A DNA stretch of 64,000 bases from the human T2T-CHM13v2.0 reference genome, Homo sapiens. Both the position numbers and the translations under genes were made by a program. The stretch lies in assembly GCF_009914755.1 (NCBI RefSeq), contig NC_060926.1; one strand, given 5' to 3'. Of this stretch, positions 13,201 through 30,300 are shown piece after piece (position 1 is the first letter of the stretch; every line of letters begins with the position of its first letter). The notes below the pieces were generated by a model. The model was given only the letters and a program-made list of their open reading frames with translations. It was not told the origin of the DNA and did no database searches.

Positions 13201-14315
13201 ATTCTAAGCTTCTTAAGCTTTAGTTTCCTTCCGAAGCTGTAGGTTGTTGCAAGGATTAGATGAGATAACATGTGGTGCTTGCACGTGTTTGTTGACAATG
13301 AATTATTATTACCTCCGTGAGGCAGTCACTGCGCTGAGATGTTGGGGGATTCTACATTGAGGAGAAGAGGCATTGATCTCATGGAACTTATGATCTGGTG
13401 AGAGCAGCTCAGGTCATAAGAAATGCTGCTTGTCTTCCCTTTGGCTTCAGTCAGTCTTTTTCTGACTTTAGTAAGTGAGAAGGGAGGGGTCCACTATGTA
13501 ATCTTTTCTCTCTTCAAAGTCGGCTGAAGAAAAAAAAATGGAGACAATTTGGTAGGCCCTGGGTTGATAGGTGCTCAAGGTAGTGAGCACTGGGAATTCA
13601 GATAACATACTTCCATTGAGTTGAAAGCATGCTCGCGAGACACTTGGTACTTGTCCAGTTTTCCCAGAGCTGCTCACCAGACATCCATTAAAGAACATGA
13701 CACGACTTGCAGGCTATTGCGTATATGTGGGTATTTAAGTTTCCAGGCCATCTGACTGGTCCGAGGTGAACACCCAGGTCCTCAGCATGCTGTCCTGTTT
13801 ATTGTGAAGTGAAATCCCTGTGCTTCTTTTAGCCCCTGCCCGATGCAGAGAGGAAAGAATTCTTAGGATGCATCAAGGGTAATGCCTTCTTGGTTAAAAA
13901 GGCAGCATTATGTTCCTTCTTAATAGAACGCTACTCCAGCGAGAGAGTGTGGTGATGTGACATGTCTTTGTACATTCATCTTGAATGATGCCCAGGGAGA
14001 ACTCCGGGTGAAATCAGTGTAAGACATCCACATTGGGTGGCTGACTCCAAAAACTGAGGAGTAGACCCAAAACTTGGAGAGTAAGGTAGTTTCGGATTTA
14101 GGAAAACAATCTTTATTCTGATTTTCTGGGAATCAGAGGTGTTTGATTTAAGATGAATATCTAGAAAATGCTGATTTAAAGAAATACATGCAGGCAGTAC
14201 TTTGCTCGTTAAAAGCAGTTCACGCTGTGTTTTGGAAAGAAGCAGACAGCTACACTGATATAGTTTCAGTTAGCTTAAATACAGAGCCCAACCTTCTTGC
14301 TGACTGACATGGTTA

Positions 14316-14540
14316 ATTCATTCTTCATTCAGTCAACAAACATTTATTGAGCTTCTCGTTTGCGTAAGACACTGTGCTGAGCAACACGGGGGAATTCAGA
14401 GCTGTATGAAAGAATTTCTCGTCTTCAAGAGCCTGTGGTAGAGAAATGAGATTACAGTGTACACGAATAGTGTTAAAACATGATAGAAAGTGACTTGAGA
14501 GATCTTGGTGATGAGGGAAGGTTTTCTGGGGAAGGTGGGA
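14316..14540 (-). mobile_element. L2 3' end fragment
   Basis: ttcattcagtcaacaaacatttattgagc...cactgtgctgagc. Confidence 0.7.
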
Positions 14541-14569
14541 TTCCATGGGACTCCTACAGGAGGCTGCCT

Positions 14570-14930
14570 TGGTTTTGGGTCCCCTGGTAGCAGACCCTGA
14601 GACAAGGAGGGAGGAGCTAGGAAAGGGTGAGTTCTCAAGCTGTTTACTCCTCTGGGCAGCTGGGATTCTCACTGAGAGCTCTGGGAGTCTGTGGACTCAT
14701 GCCAGAGAGTTATCCCACCTAGAGGCAGGGAGCTAGAGTTTTGTCCACTAACTGCCAGGCTGTTGTTGGCTGAAGTCTGTTTCTTGGGGCAGTAACACTT
14801 TACTACCTCCTCCTGGGTAGAGTACAAAGCCCTCAGGCCCAGGGTCTCAGGCAGTTCCAGTCAGCTGCCTTCAGTGTGTGGAAGTGAATGCCAAGGGCAT
14901 AGTGGCAGGGCCCAGTGGAGCCCATAGCAG
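14570..14930. mobile_element. Old ERVL-class LTR fragment (LTR33/LTR16-like)
   Basis: gggtcccctggtagcagaccctgagacaagga...gagttatcccacctagaggcagggagct resembles this family from memory. Family uncertain. Confidence 0.4.
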
Positions 14931-15719
14931 GTGCTTTAGACTTTGAAAGGTGTGGGAAGGAGAAAGACGCAGACTCCACAGGAAGTGGCAGGCAGAGGTG
15001 TGGAAGCCCAAAAGCACCAAACTCCTGGGGTGAGTCAGGACTGGTGAGGCCCCCTCTCTTAAAGAACCTGAATTACCAAGCTGCAAACAGAAGGCAAACT
15101 GCCTGGTGGGAGTCCCTGGATCCTAAGGGGGATATTCAGCTTTATTTGGCTAAATGTTTTTTTCAGCTCTGCGGATTTGGAGATTGAACTTAAATATGGT
15201 TGTAAGAAGGAACATGTGGAGAAGAAACAGGCCTCCTGCCTCATTTTTCTCTTGTGGTCGAGTAAGACCAGGACAGGAGTCAGGAGCTGTGGCTGGGGAC
15301 AGCTTGAGGCACCTTGACCTATACCAGCCTGAGCTGTGGTGTTGCTGTCTTACGTCTTGGTTTCTAAATTTTTGTGATTCCTGAATCCAGATTGGCAGGC
15401 CTTTTGTGTCATTGCTGGCCTTTTTCTCTCCAACTAGCAGCCCATCATGCTCACTGCTGTCATTTCTCTTACACATCTGAGAGAGGGAATCAGGGAAGGC
15501 ACTGGCCTTAGGAATTTGGAGTCAAGACTTCCAATTTCACCTCTGCTTCAGAGAGCTGGTCACACACTCTGGGCCTTAGTCCGAAGGAATTAGAGGAGAC
15601 TATGTGAACATTGCTTTCCATTTCAGGAGTCTCGGGGTTTATGATGCTGCTAACTCGAAGGTTAAATGCTTTACTTCCCAGTTTCAAGAGATCTGCAGAA
15701 GGAAGGCTTTCTATTATGG

Positions 15720-15870
15720 TGATAGACACTGTGCCAAGCCCTATGTGTACCCATAGTCTCCTATTTAAGTTCCTTTGATAACCCTGTGAGGAAGATGTGA
15801 TTATCCCCATTTTACTGCTGAGTAACATGCGGGCTGGCGAGATTCAGTCACATGCAGGGACTCCAGCATG
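15720..15870 (-). mobile_element. MIR fragment
   Basis: aaccctgtgaggaagatgtgattatccccattttac. Confidence 0.65.
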
Positions 15871-16089
15871 GGCTGTCTGCTTGGAGTCTCCTTCACCGTG
15901 GCTGCTGTGGTCACAGCACTGGACTACCAATTTGCAAGTGAGCTGAACCTAATTCTGATGATTGCATATCTGTTCACATTAAGTGAGAAAAAGAGTGGAA
16001 TTATTTTGGTCAATTTGTAACTATATGAGGAAAACACGGAAGGTCCCAAATAGGATTGAAAATAATGCTGTTTGTTGAGTAGAACCATC

Positions 16090-16481
16090 TGTTATGCTCT
16101 GTGTGTCTCCCACTCTGCATTCGTACGTTGAAGTTCTAACCCCTAGTACCTAAGAATGTAACTATATTTGGAATGAAGTCTTTAAAAAGGTAATTAAGTT
16201 AAAATGAAATCTTTTGGGTGGCCCTTAATTTAATATTACTATTGTCATGAAAAGAGAAAGTTTGGACACAGACACTAGTGTGTTGGAGGAAAGACCATGT
16301 GAAGACACAGTGAGATGGACGGCGGCTGTCTGCAAGCCAAGGAGAGAGCCCTGTGAATAAAACCAGCCCTGCTGACACCTTGATCTTGGACTTCTAGCCT
16401 TCCGAACTGTGAGGAAATACATTTCTGTTGGTTAAACTACCAGTCTGTGGTACTTTGTGGCATCCTTAGCAAACTAATACA
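16090..16481 (+). mobile_element. MLT1B-like MaLR solo LTR
   Basis: TGTTATG...gccaaggagagag...accttgatcttggacttctagcc...AAACTAATACA, about 390 bp. Confidence 0.85.
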
Positions 16482-18127
16482 CCGTTCTAATTCACTTATT
16501 GCTCACCTATTGCAGTGAGACATTCAGCATTAAGTGCTGCTTGTTAATGGGTAAAACTGTTTGTCCCTTATACTATGATTTTCAAGTGCTGTTTTGAGAA
16601 ATTGTGGTTTCTTTTGCATTTAGGTACTTTAGGATGATTGGAACTGTTTTGGTAGTTTTGAAAAAGTGTGTGATGATAAAGAATCTTAAGAGGCAGGTAT
16701 CCCCAAAGTTGCTGTAAATATTGATTGCCACTGTGCTGTGTGCAATATGATGTAGTCAAATATTGCATTTTATATGTCCTAGAGGCCTGATAGTATTCTA
16801 AGCTTTCTAGTGCTGGTAGGAATGAGTTGCTATGGATTTTTCTCTCCTGAAGCCACCCTTTCCTGTCTGCTTCTAAACTTTTTAATTCTAGAGTGCCAGG
16901 TAACTCTTTTTGTTGCCATATTTTCTCTGATCAGGGTGATCAGACATTTCTGGTCTGAGTCAACCCATATTGAATGCCTTGGGTATTATCATTTGCTTTT
17001 GATGACTCATCTTTATGCTGGTAGATCAGGTCCAGAAAATCTTGAAAACATATACAATAAAAGAAATATTGTCTAAATTTTAGTAGATTCTGGTTCTATT
17101 TACTTAGGGTGTCTATGCAACCTACTTTCAAAATGGTTTGAGAATGACTTGCACAATTAAACATAACAAGATTATTAAAAATAAAATCACAACCAAACCA
17201 TTGATACTTATATACTGATTCTTGATTTTCATAGATGAACAAAATCCAGCATAACTCTTGGGTGGTGAAATTCAATGGATGTTTGCCCTCTGCCTGCCCC
17301 TACCCCTGCTTGCCTATTAACAATAATTATTGTGAGTGACTGGGACCCAGGGAGATTAAGCACCAGGCTAGAGAAATGAGGAGGGCCACAGGAGCCAGAT
17401 TTAGATTTTCTAGGTTCTGGGAGATGAGAAAACTGGGATTGCCCAGAAAAGAGGACCCTGTGGCTACAGTCTTTAGCAGGAGAATAAAAAGTATGGCAAC
17501 TAAGAATTTGTAGCAAAATCAAAAGAATTTAATTGTTGATGGGATCATATTACACTGTTTATCTTACCTAGGATATAAAAGACATCTCTAGTGAGTCAGG
17601 AGACTATTTCTTGACTGGTGGATAAAAGGAGACCCTTTGCGGGTATCCACCCCAATGCAGAATGTGGGCAAATAAAATCTGAACTTGACTCATTTTTTCA
17701 GAGCACTTCTTGGTCTTTTGAAGACAAAGACAAATAATGTATAAAAATTCCAGCAGAAGTTAATTGTGACAAAAAATTGAAAAGCACAGAGAATTAGATG
17801 TGACCAAGCATCTGAGATAAGTTTATTACAGTAGTTACTGAAATGAGATCTTACCTTTTAGTGGGTTGTGTAATTTTCATTATCTGATACAAGAATTTTA
17901 TCTCTCTAGAGATATAAATGTTTCCTTGTCAAAGAGGAATTATCCCTTGACGCCTGATGTAGTAGGGCATTCAATAGCATAATGGTTAATGTGTGCAACC
18001 ATTATTTTTCTTAAATGGGTTTCTCATATTGACCCTCTGTGTTAGCCAAGTGTATAAAGTTCTTTCTAACCTGAGTTGATGGATAGATTTCCATTGACAG
18101 AAGCCATTCATGAATGATTCCGAGCAC

Positions 18128-18500
18128 TTTTATTTCACAAATGTTTATTGAGTGCCTGCTAAGTGCCAGGCACTGTCAAAGTTTGCCTGGAGAAGTCCTT
18201 CCCTCATGAAGCTTATAGAACAATGGAGGAGGAAAGACAAATCTGTAGGCATTTAATGACAATCTGAGAAGTACTGTGATGGGGAAAGTACAGGATGTTT
18301 TTATCCCACATAGGAGGGGTACCTAACCCAGATTAGAGGTAGAAATGGATAACAAGGTAAATGTTTATGGAGCTAAATGTCTCAACTCAGGCCTAAAGCA
18401 TGTTTAAGAGGTGGTCAGAAAAGGCTTGAAGGGGGAGAGAGTGTGGAGGCCTGAAGGTAAGCAAGAAACTTGGGACATGGAGTGAGAGAAAATGGAGGCT
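18128..18500 (-). mobile_element. L2 3' end fragment
   Basis: acaaatgtttattgagtgcctgctaagtgccaggcactgt. Confidence 0.7.
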
Positions 18501-18592
18501 TTGAGAGGTGAACAGAACCACACAGCTAGTAAGTAACAGCCAAGAACAGACCTAGGAATGCCCATTGTCAAAGCCTTGGAGAGTTGAGACAT

Positions 18593-18987
18593 TATCTAAT
18601 TCGTTTGTGCTGCTATAACAAAATGCCATGGACTGGGCAATATTTATATATTGTTTATACAATAGAAATTTACTTCTGATGGTTCTGGAGGCTGGGAAAT
18701 CCAAGACCAAGCCTTGATATCTGGTGAGGGATCTCTGCTTGCAAGATTGTGCCTTGTTGCTGTGTCCTCACATGGCAGAAGAGCCATATGGAAGGGCCAG
18801 GCAATTCTCCCAAAGCCTTTATTGTAAGGGCATTAATCTCATTGATCATCTCATTAATCTCATTAATCTCATTGATAAAGGCAAAGCTCTCATGGCCTAA
18901 TCACCCTGAAAAGACCCCACCTCTTCATAGGTGGGGTTTAAATTTCCACATGAATTTTGGAGGGACCTATACATTCAAACCATAGCA
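18593..18987 (-). mobile_element. MLT1A/MST-like MaLR solo LTR
   Basis: gtgctgctataacaaaat...ggttctggaggctgggaaatccaag...attcaaaccatagca. Near-TSD GACAT/GACGT. Internal ATTAATCTC tandem expansion. Confidence 0.8.
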
Positions 18988-19497
18988 GACGTTTTCAGTG
19001 ATAAAGAAGTCTGACTAAAAATGTGTTTGAAAAGCTCTACAAATGTGAACCTTAGAGAAATAAAAAACTTTATATCATTTGTGTCTTAACCTTGCTTTAT
19101 TTTGAATACTACTATTCATTGCATAAATCTAGTCCCAAACAATAACTTATTAAATTTTCCTCTTGGTTCTCCATAGATTTATATAAAGTAAGGGCTTGAC
19201 ATCACATGAACTGGCTCATTAAGACTCTTGATGGTCATCTGTTGCCAGTGAGAATTGTGTTGTTTTAGAACCATTTTTTGGATGATTCATACACTAGAAT
19301 CTCATCATCTAGAGTCATTTCTCCTAATCTTTTAAAATTAATTATAAATTAGAATCCCCAAATAAGAATCCTAACTATGGTTTATTATGGGCTATTTATA
19401 AAAGTACTCTCTTTAACAAGTTTGTTCTAATGCTTCTTCCATGATGATATCCATGAGCCTTAATATAATATTTAGATTGTGTTTAAAAACAAAATAA

Positions 19498-19811
<314 letters not shown>

Positions 19812-20110
19812 TATATTGGCTTTTTAAATGAAACAATTTCTACAAAAAGTTTCACGTCCTTTAATATAATTACAAATATATTTTTCCATTTTACAGGAAT
19901 ATCTTTCAAATAAGAAGGTGGAAATCTCTAATACATTGTAGAGAGCACATTTCATTTCTTCCTCCTTTCTTTTTTGCCCAAGTGAGTTCACACATCCAAT
20001 AAATCAGACTAAACTACATGTGACCAGAAGGATCTCACAGCATAAGAATAGATTATATCTCTTGTAAATCTCCAGGATTTCTTGTTTTTCTTGAATGTCC
20101 CCCTCTCATC

Positions 20111-20400
20111 TTTATTGAAGATAATGGACAGATAAAAATTATGCATATTTAAGGTATACAAGGTGATGTTTTAATTTTTGTATACATTGTGAAATGATCA
20201 CCACGCTCAAGCTAATTAACATATCCATCACCTCAGATGGTTATCTTTTTTCTGTTTTTGTGCTGAGACTATGTAAGATCTCCTTTTGCAAATTTCAATT
20301 ATACAATACAGTATAATTAATTATAGTCACCATACTGCACATTACATCCACTGAACTTACTGATTCTGCAAAATGGAAACTGAAACCCTTTGACCAACCA
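20111..20400 (-). mobile_element. L1MA-type 3' end fragment
   Basis: tatatttaaggtatacaa...tacattgtgaaatgatcaccac...aagctaattaacatatccatcacctca. Confidence 0.8.
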
Positions 20401-20960
20401 AGGGATTCTTAGAAACTTACTAGTGTCTGAGGCTCTCCCTTATTACTGTTCATATTTATTCATTAAGGACTGAGCTAATACTTGACCCTAAAAAAATGTT
20501 TGCTCTTTAAAGCTGTTCAGTGGTAAAGGGTTTCTTTATATGATTGCTAGCATTTGCCCTCCCTGTGCACTATGCCAGCTCATAGGGAAACAAGAATAAG
20601 ATGCAGTTCGTTTAAGGAGCCCACAGTTTAGGGTGGGATCAGGGAAAGCTATACAGAGGAGGAGATGGTTGAGCTGTTTTGAAGGATGACTAATTTGAGG
20701 GTGAGTAGTTCAGTACTTTTGGGTGTGGTGAGGGACAATAACTTTTTGAGCATCCATTTATTTTAGCTGGCCATTCAGTGGTTGATATCAAATGTTTACT
20801 GGATAAATGGAAGTGATGGATTGTTGATACAGCTTAGCTATTTTGCATCTTTTTTCCCACTAGTATCTCAACCTGACACAGCTTTAACAGCCAGAAGTTT
20901 TATAAGCTGCAAAAATGAGTACTACTGATATTTTAGCTGAGGTTAAAAATGTACATGTGA

Positions 20961-21699
20961 AAACCATGGCACGAGAACTATGTGACGAATGCACAAGCCT
21001 CAGTAACCAATGCTATCAACTGGAAGAAAGGGTATCAGCGATGGAAGACAAAATGAATGAAATGAAGCGTGAAGAGAAGTTTAGATAAAAAAAGAATAAA
21101 AAGAAACGAACAAAGCCTCCAAGAAATATGGGACTATGTGAAAAGACCAAATCTACGTCTAATTGGTGTACCTGAAAGTGACGGGGAGAATGGAACCAAG
21201 TTGGAAAACACTCTGCAGGATATTATCCAGGAGAACTTCCCCAATCTAGCAAGGCAGGCCAACATTCAAATTCAGGAAAAATAGAGAACGCCACAAAGAT
21301 ACTCCTCGAGAAGAGCAACTCCAAGACACATAATTGTCAGATTTCACCAAAGTTGAAATGAAGGAAAAAATGTTAAGGGCAGCCAGAGAGAAAGGTCAGG
21401 TTACCCACAAAGGGAAGCCCATCAGACTAACAGCTGATCTCTCGGCAGAAACTCTACAAGCCAGAAGAGAGTGGGGGCCAATATTCAACATTCTTAAAGA
21501 AAAGAATTTTCAACCCAGAATTTCATATCCAGCCAAACTAAGCTTCATAAGTGAAGGAGAAATAAAATCCTTTACAGACAAGCAAATGCTGAGAGATTTC
21601 GTCACCACCAGGCCTGCCCTAAAAGAGCTCCTGAAGGAAGCACTAAACATGGAAAGGAACAACCGGTACCAGCCACTGCAAAAACATGCCAAATTGTAA
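20961..21699 (+). pseudogene. L1 ORF1p remnant (disrupted)
   Basis: Fragments NEQSLQEIWDYVKRPNLRLIG and ...RNNRYQPLQKHAKL*, broken by stops or frameshifts. 5' end missing. Confidence 0.93.
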
Positions 21700-21762
21700 A
21701 GACCATCAAGGCTAGGAAGAAACTGCATCAACTAATGAGCAAAATAACCAGCTAACATCATA

Positions 21763-25578
<3,816 letters not shown>

Positions 25579-28500
25579 ACAATGAGAACACATGGACACA
25601 GGAAGAGGAACATCACACACCAGGGACTGTTGTGGGGTGGGGGGAGGGGGGATAGCATTAGGAGATATACCTAATGCTAAATGACGAGTTAATGGGTGCA
25701 GCAAACCAACATGGCACATGTATACATATGTAACAAACCTGCACGTTGTGCACATGTACCCTAAAACTTAAAGTATAATAATAATAAGAAAATAAATAAA
25801 ATAAAAAAAATTTACATGTGATCTTACTCCTTTGAGAGGTTTAGTTAACTCTGTTGCTGTGAAATCACTAATGTTCTCATGTCTGAATGGAAACATCTAG
25901 TGACAACAGTGCTTTTAGAAGTAAATAATATGTCTATTTTCATGCAGCTTTGAATTCCTGGGTTCTTTGTATACGTTTGATTCAGTGAACTATGAAAAAA
26001 TGAGCAAACCTTAAGACACCATGAAGTATTTTCAATAAAAGCAGTTTGAGACAAGGTTTTCAGGTTGGCGGATTAAAGGAATCAAACTGTTCCTTCACCC
26101 AGCACCGTGAACAACACCCGTACTACATTTTTCTTGTTTTGAGTTTATCTCTCCTGAAGATATGCTGTTTGGAAGTATTTTTTTATTATTAAAATATTGC
26201 ACGACTTGTTTGAAAATTTATTTTTGCTGGTTATTTTTTATGCAGAAAATTCTTTCTTCCTATAAGGCCCAGAATATAAGGCTAGCTTAATGCCTTGTTG
26301 TGTTGATCAGATACTAATATCAGTGTAGATGATCTCGTACTCATTGTTGCATTAGATCTATTGTCATGGTAGCCACACCATATAGGAAGCAAAAGAAAAC
26401 TAGTGTTTTTGTCTCTTTCTTTGAAGGCAACTTCCTGGTAAGTAATGATTAAATTATATGACTCTCAAAGTACAAAAATAACACAATTCCTTAGATATTA
26501 CTCCACATTTGTGTAGCACCAACATGCAGGTAGTTAGCCATGATAATGGATATTATGTTCATGAAAAATCGGTGCTCAAAAGTAGCTTTTAGAAGGGAAA
26601 CAAAACCTTGTATATTAGTAAGATTTATCTCTATCTCAGCGGTGAATGATACAGGGTCTGTAATCAAAATGTTTTTCTTAGTATAATTTGACTACTAGCT
26701 CTATAGGTAATACCTTTCACAGAGAAGCATGGATGCCCATCTCCTCTCCTTTGTGCACAATCCTGAGGGTTAGTCTTGTCCTTCCTCTGCCCTTGGCATC
26801 AAGGGACCTCCAGGAACCTGAGAGTGTGTATCTTTGGGCTGTATCTACTGTCATCTGCTTCCACCTGTGTGAGGGATCCCTGGTTCGCTGGGAGATACTT
26901 TCCTGCCAGCATTTTTATCCACCGTTGATGAATCACCCTCTCTCATCTGCCACATCTGGTAGGGCTTTGAGTGTCACAACCTCATGCTTTTAATTATTTA
27001 TTTTTTTAGTAGAAGATACAGTTTTCTTACTGTTGAAGAAAGCATAGTTCAACCTCTTTTTTGAAAGTTGGGTTTCAGTGTTTTCCTGTTTAAAGTCAAT
27101 ATATCAAAGAAGGCTAAGAGGTGAGCCACTCACTTTTTTTTTTTTTTGACTTAGTTGTGTGTAGTGTTTGAATTGCAGGGATTTATACAGGCTACTGAAT
27201 TGAAAAGAGCTTTGATTGTGATACCTCAGTGAAAACGATTACATGTATGTTTGTGTATTTGTTTCCTGTTTCCAAGAACAACTTGTAGCTTTTTAAAAAT
27301 GAGCTTCCTTTTTATCATGACATGTTGAGGTTAGATAAATCTTTAAATGTCCTGCAATCTAACTCCCTAGCTGATTTTCGAATCTCTTCTTATCCCTATT
27401 GAGAGCTCTTCTGGTGTATTCCTGAACACTTCCAGACTTAGGTAGCTGATTCTTAAACTATGCTGATTGCTATCAAGTACTTTTTTTTTTCATGTCATTC
27501 TGTAACGTTTTATCCCCTGGTTTCAATTTTTGCACTTAAAGCAACTCACTCATGGAGACTGAGCATTAGGCTACTTCATTCAGTTATCAGCACCTCCTGG
27601 AAATTGGTTCCTGACATTGCTATTGTCCCAAAGATAACAGCCAAAGTTCTGTTCGTATGTGTTTACCTAGAATATAAAATAAGAATACAGATCATTTTCC
27701 AAGAGTGGAAAATTATAAAAAGAACTTTTCTAAGGCATGAAAAATACTATATTTTAAGCACATAAGAAGCTATTTATAGTTTCTTCCTGCCAGTGTCCAG
27801 TGCTATTAAACAGCAGGAGATTTTTATAGTCTGAAAAGGGATATTTTGAGTCTATAAGAACTTTTTGCAAGGTGATAGCAATCTCAGGTTGAATTCTGCC
27901 AGATTTTGCTGTCTCAATATGATTTACAAATGAATTGAAGTTAATACTGTCTGTTAAGAGAGAAGTTAATACCTACCCATTATTAAATATAAAACCAATG
28001 TGTTAAATATAATTTAGTTTTATTTCTAAAATTTCATTGAAATATAATGTTTTAGCATTCTGGTTAGAATTGAAATGCAGTAACACAAATATGTTTTTAG
28101 TATCTTCTTTACAGAAAATATTAGTTTATTCTAAAAATTAAATTTGATGCCAAAAATTAATTTGTATCTGGTTGCATTGGGAAGAATAATGTCAAAAATG
28201 CACTAACTTCCTTTGCCTTGATTTGGGGAATGATGGTGGTGTATAAAAAATGATTTAGAAACCATCAGTATGCAATACCACAATTTTGTGATTATTGTTA
28301 TCTTTTGTTATTCTTAACACATCTATCTTCCAAATGCGATTGAAAACAGGGCATGCTGTTTAAACTGGCTCTTTGGCCATAGTCTTTGTTCAAAACAGGT
28401 CACCTTTTGATGATTTTACCTAAAAACATTTTATAAATAACTGTAGTTATTTTCTCCTGTGTTACCTATGAGCCAGCAGAAACTTTTCTTCTGTGTTTAT

Positions 28501-28819
28501 GGATTTAAAAGAGTTTTTTGTTTGTTTTTTTGGTTTGTAATTATGACATTCAGCTTATTACTTCTTTCATATGTAATACAAATGTTGGCCAAAAATTGGT
28601 ATTTTTCCATCGACTTTGAAGAACTGTAGAAAAGAAGTCAAACACTTGTAAATCGTATGTTTTGGTGATTCTAAGTGATACTCCTTGGGTTTCCAATGAA
28701 CTTCAGGTACAGAGGGCTGTTGTTAATTGTCTTTCACATTTATGCCATGTTAGATCATTGATCTGAGCAAAGCCCCAGTATTGTTTAATGTTTTCATTAT
28801 CTTTATCTATCTCCAGTCC

Positions 28820-29340
28820 CCATCTTATTTTCCCTGACCATATCCTAATGAGGCAACCAACCCGATGTGTTTTACACGATCTTTTTATTATAGGTGTTCT
28901 TAAAAATTACAGTTTGTGGACATGTAATTTTATTTAATAAAAATAGTGTTATGCTATAGATCTCTACTCAATACAATGTTTAAAGGTCTGTCTGTAAACC
29001 TGTGTACATTTTTATATCTAACCGTGGTAGAGTACCCTATATTGTGTCTCTAACTGCTTCATCCCCCAGGGGGAGATATGTAGATTCCCCGTGGCTCTCC
29101 ACAACCACAAGCCATATTATAATGTATATGTATAAATCAGGATGAATAGAGCCCATTTATACATATACATATACATTGGCTGTATAGGCCAATGGGCTTT
29201 ATCCATCCTGATTTATACATGTGTGTTATAATATGGCTTGTGGTTGTGTTGCTGGTTTATTGGGCCAGTGTGTACTTAATTTGATGAAGTACTTCAGGAT
29301 CGTCCTCCAGAAGGGCTGCACTGATCTCCTCTTGAGCAAA
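28820..29340 (-). mobile_element. Old L1M fragment containing a long inverted repeat
   Basis: ttgctggtttattgggccagtgtgtacttaatttgatgaagtac...tccagaagggctgcact resembles the antisense L1 ORF2/3'UTR. Very diverged. Confidence 0.45.
29100..29248. repeat. Inverted repeat, 58-bp arms, 33-nt loop
   Basis: Arms 29100-29157 and 29191-29248 with 52/58 Watson-Crick pairs, checked by hand. Confidence 0.95.
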
Positions 29341-30189
29341 GCATGATGTTCACTAGAGTGTTCAAATCTCATATTTGTTTTTGGGATGAACTAAATGACT
29401 TTTTTTCCCTAGGCATAGTTACTCTCTGTATGTTGGGTTTGAATGGGTGATTTCTTACAGTAGACAAGAAGGTACTTGTCTGAAAGTTAAAGGAGAGGAG
29501 ATAATGAAGTGAGAAAAGGATGAGGGAAAAAGAAATACATTGCTTATCAGCTCCTAAAACTAGGCCTGACACAAGGTAGAGGGTCAGTCAATGTTTGTAT
29601 AATGAGTGAATTAATAGTGTGGTATGGTAGATGTTTTAGATTTATAGCTAAATATTTTGACTTACATTCTGCTTCTGCCACTGGGGGGAAATCGTGAGAC
29701 CACTCTGACCCTCAGTTTATGAAACTGAAAACTGAGATTGATGGAAGGGCTAATTGAGGTGCAGTATGTGAAGGGACTGGCATGTATAATAGGCATTTAA
29801 CGGGTGTTTCATTCCTTTGGCAAAGTATACTTTCTATTACATGACCAGTAATAATCAGTTTCTTCTGCAAATATTCTGTCATAAGTCAATTCTGATTTTG
29901 GCCTTTTTAATGGCTGCTGTAAGGATTTGTGAACAGTCTGTTATTTCCTATTTTGCTATTCATGGAAGCATTAAGTAAGGTTTTACTTAAAAACCACTCA
30001 GAGTTATCATGGCTTCACTAACACAGTTGTCTGTGCTGCAACTACGTAAATTTTGACCTAATTTTTTCCCGATCACCTAAAACCTATAAAGGACTATTTT
30101 GAAAGGTCTTATATTGTAAAGCCTCATTTATACAGGCTTCTGGGAATGGAGTTTTACACATTAAGTAGGTTTTCCAGGTAACTTAAATT

Positions 30190-30300
30190 TATTCCTTGAT
30201 ATAACTTTTATATATCCTTGGTATATCTTTGATATATTCCTTGATATATTCATGACCTATTTCTTGATATAATCTTTATATATCTTTAATACAACTTTTA
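30190..30300. repeat. Degenerate ~12-bp minisatellite (TATATTCCTTGA-like)
   Basis: attccttgatata...atatccttggtata...tattccttgatatatt...tttcttgatata. Confidence 0.7.

Noticed and set aside
13631-13640. GCTCGCGAGA, similar to the BANP motif TCTCGCGAGA
   Set aside because: One mismatch and not in a CpG island or promoter context, where this motif normally works.
30190-30300. Repeat-spacer-like periodicity
   Set aside because: A degenerate AT-rich minisatellite with no unique spacers.
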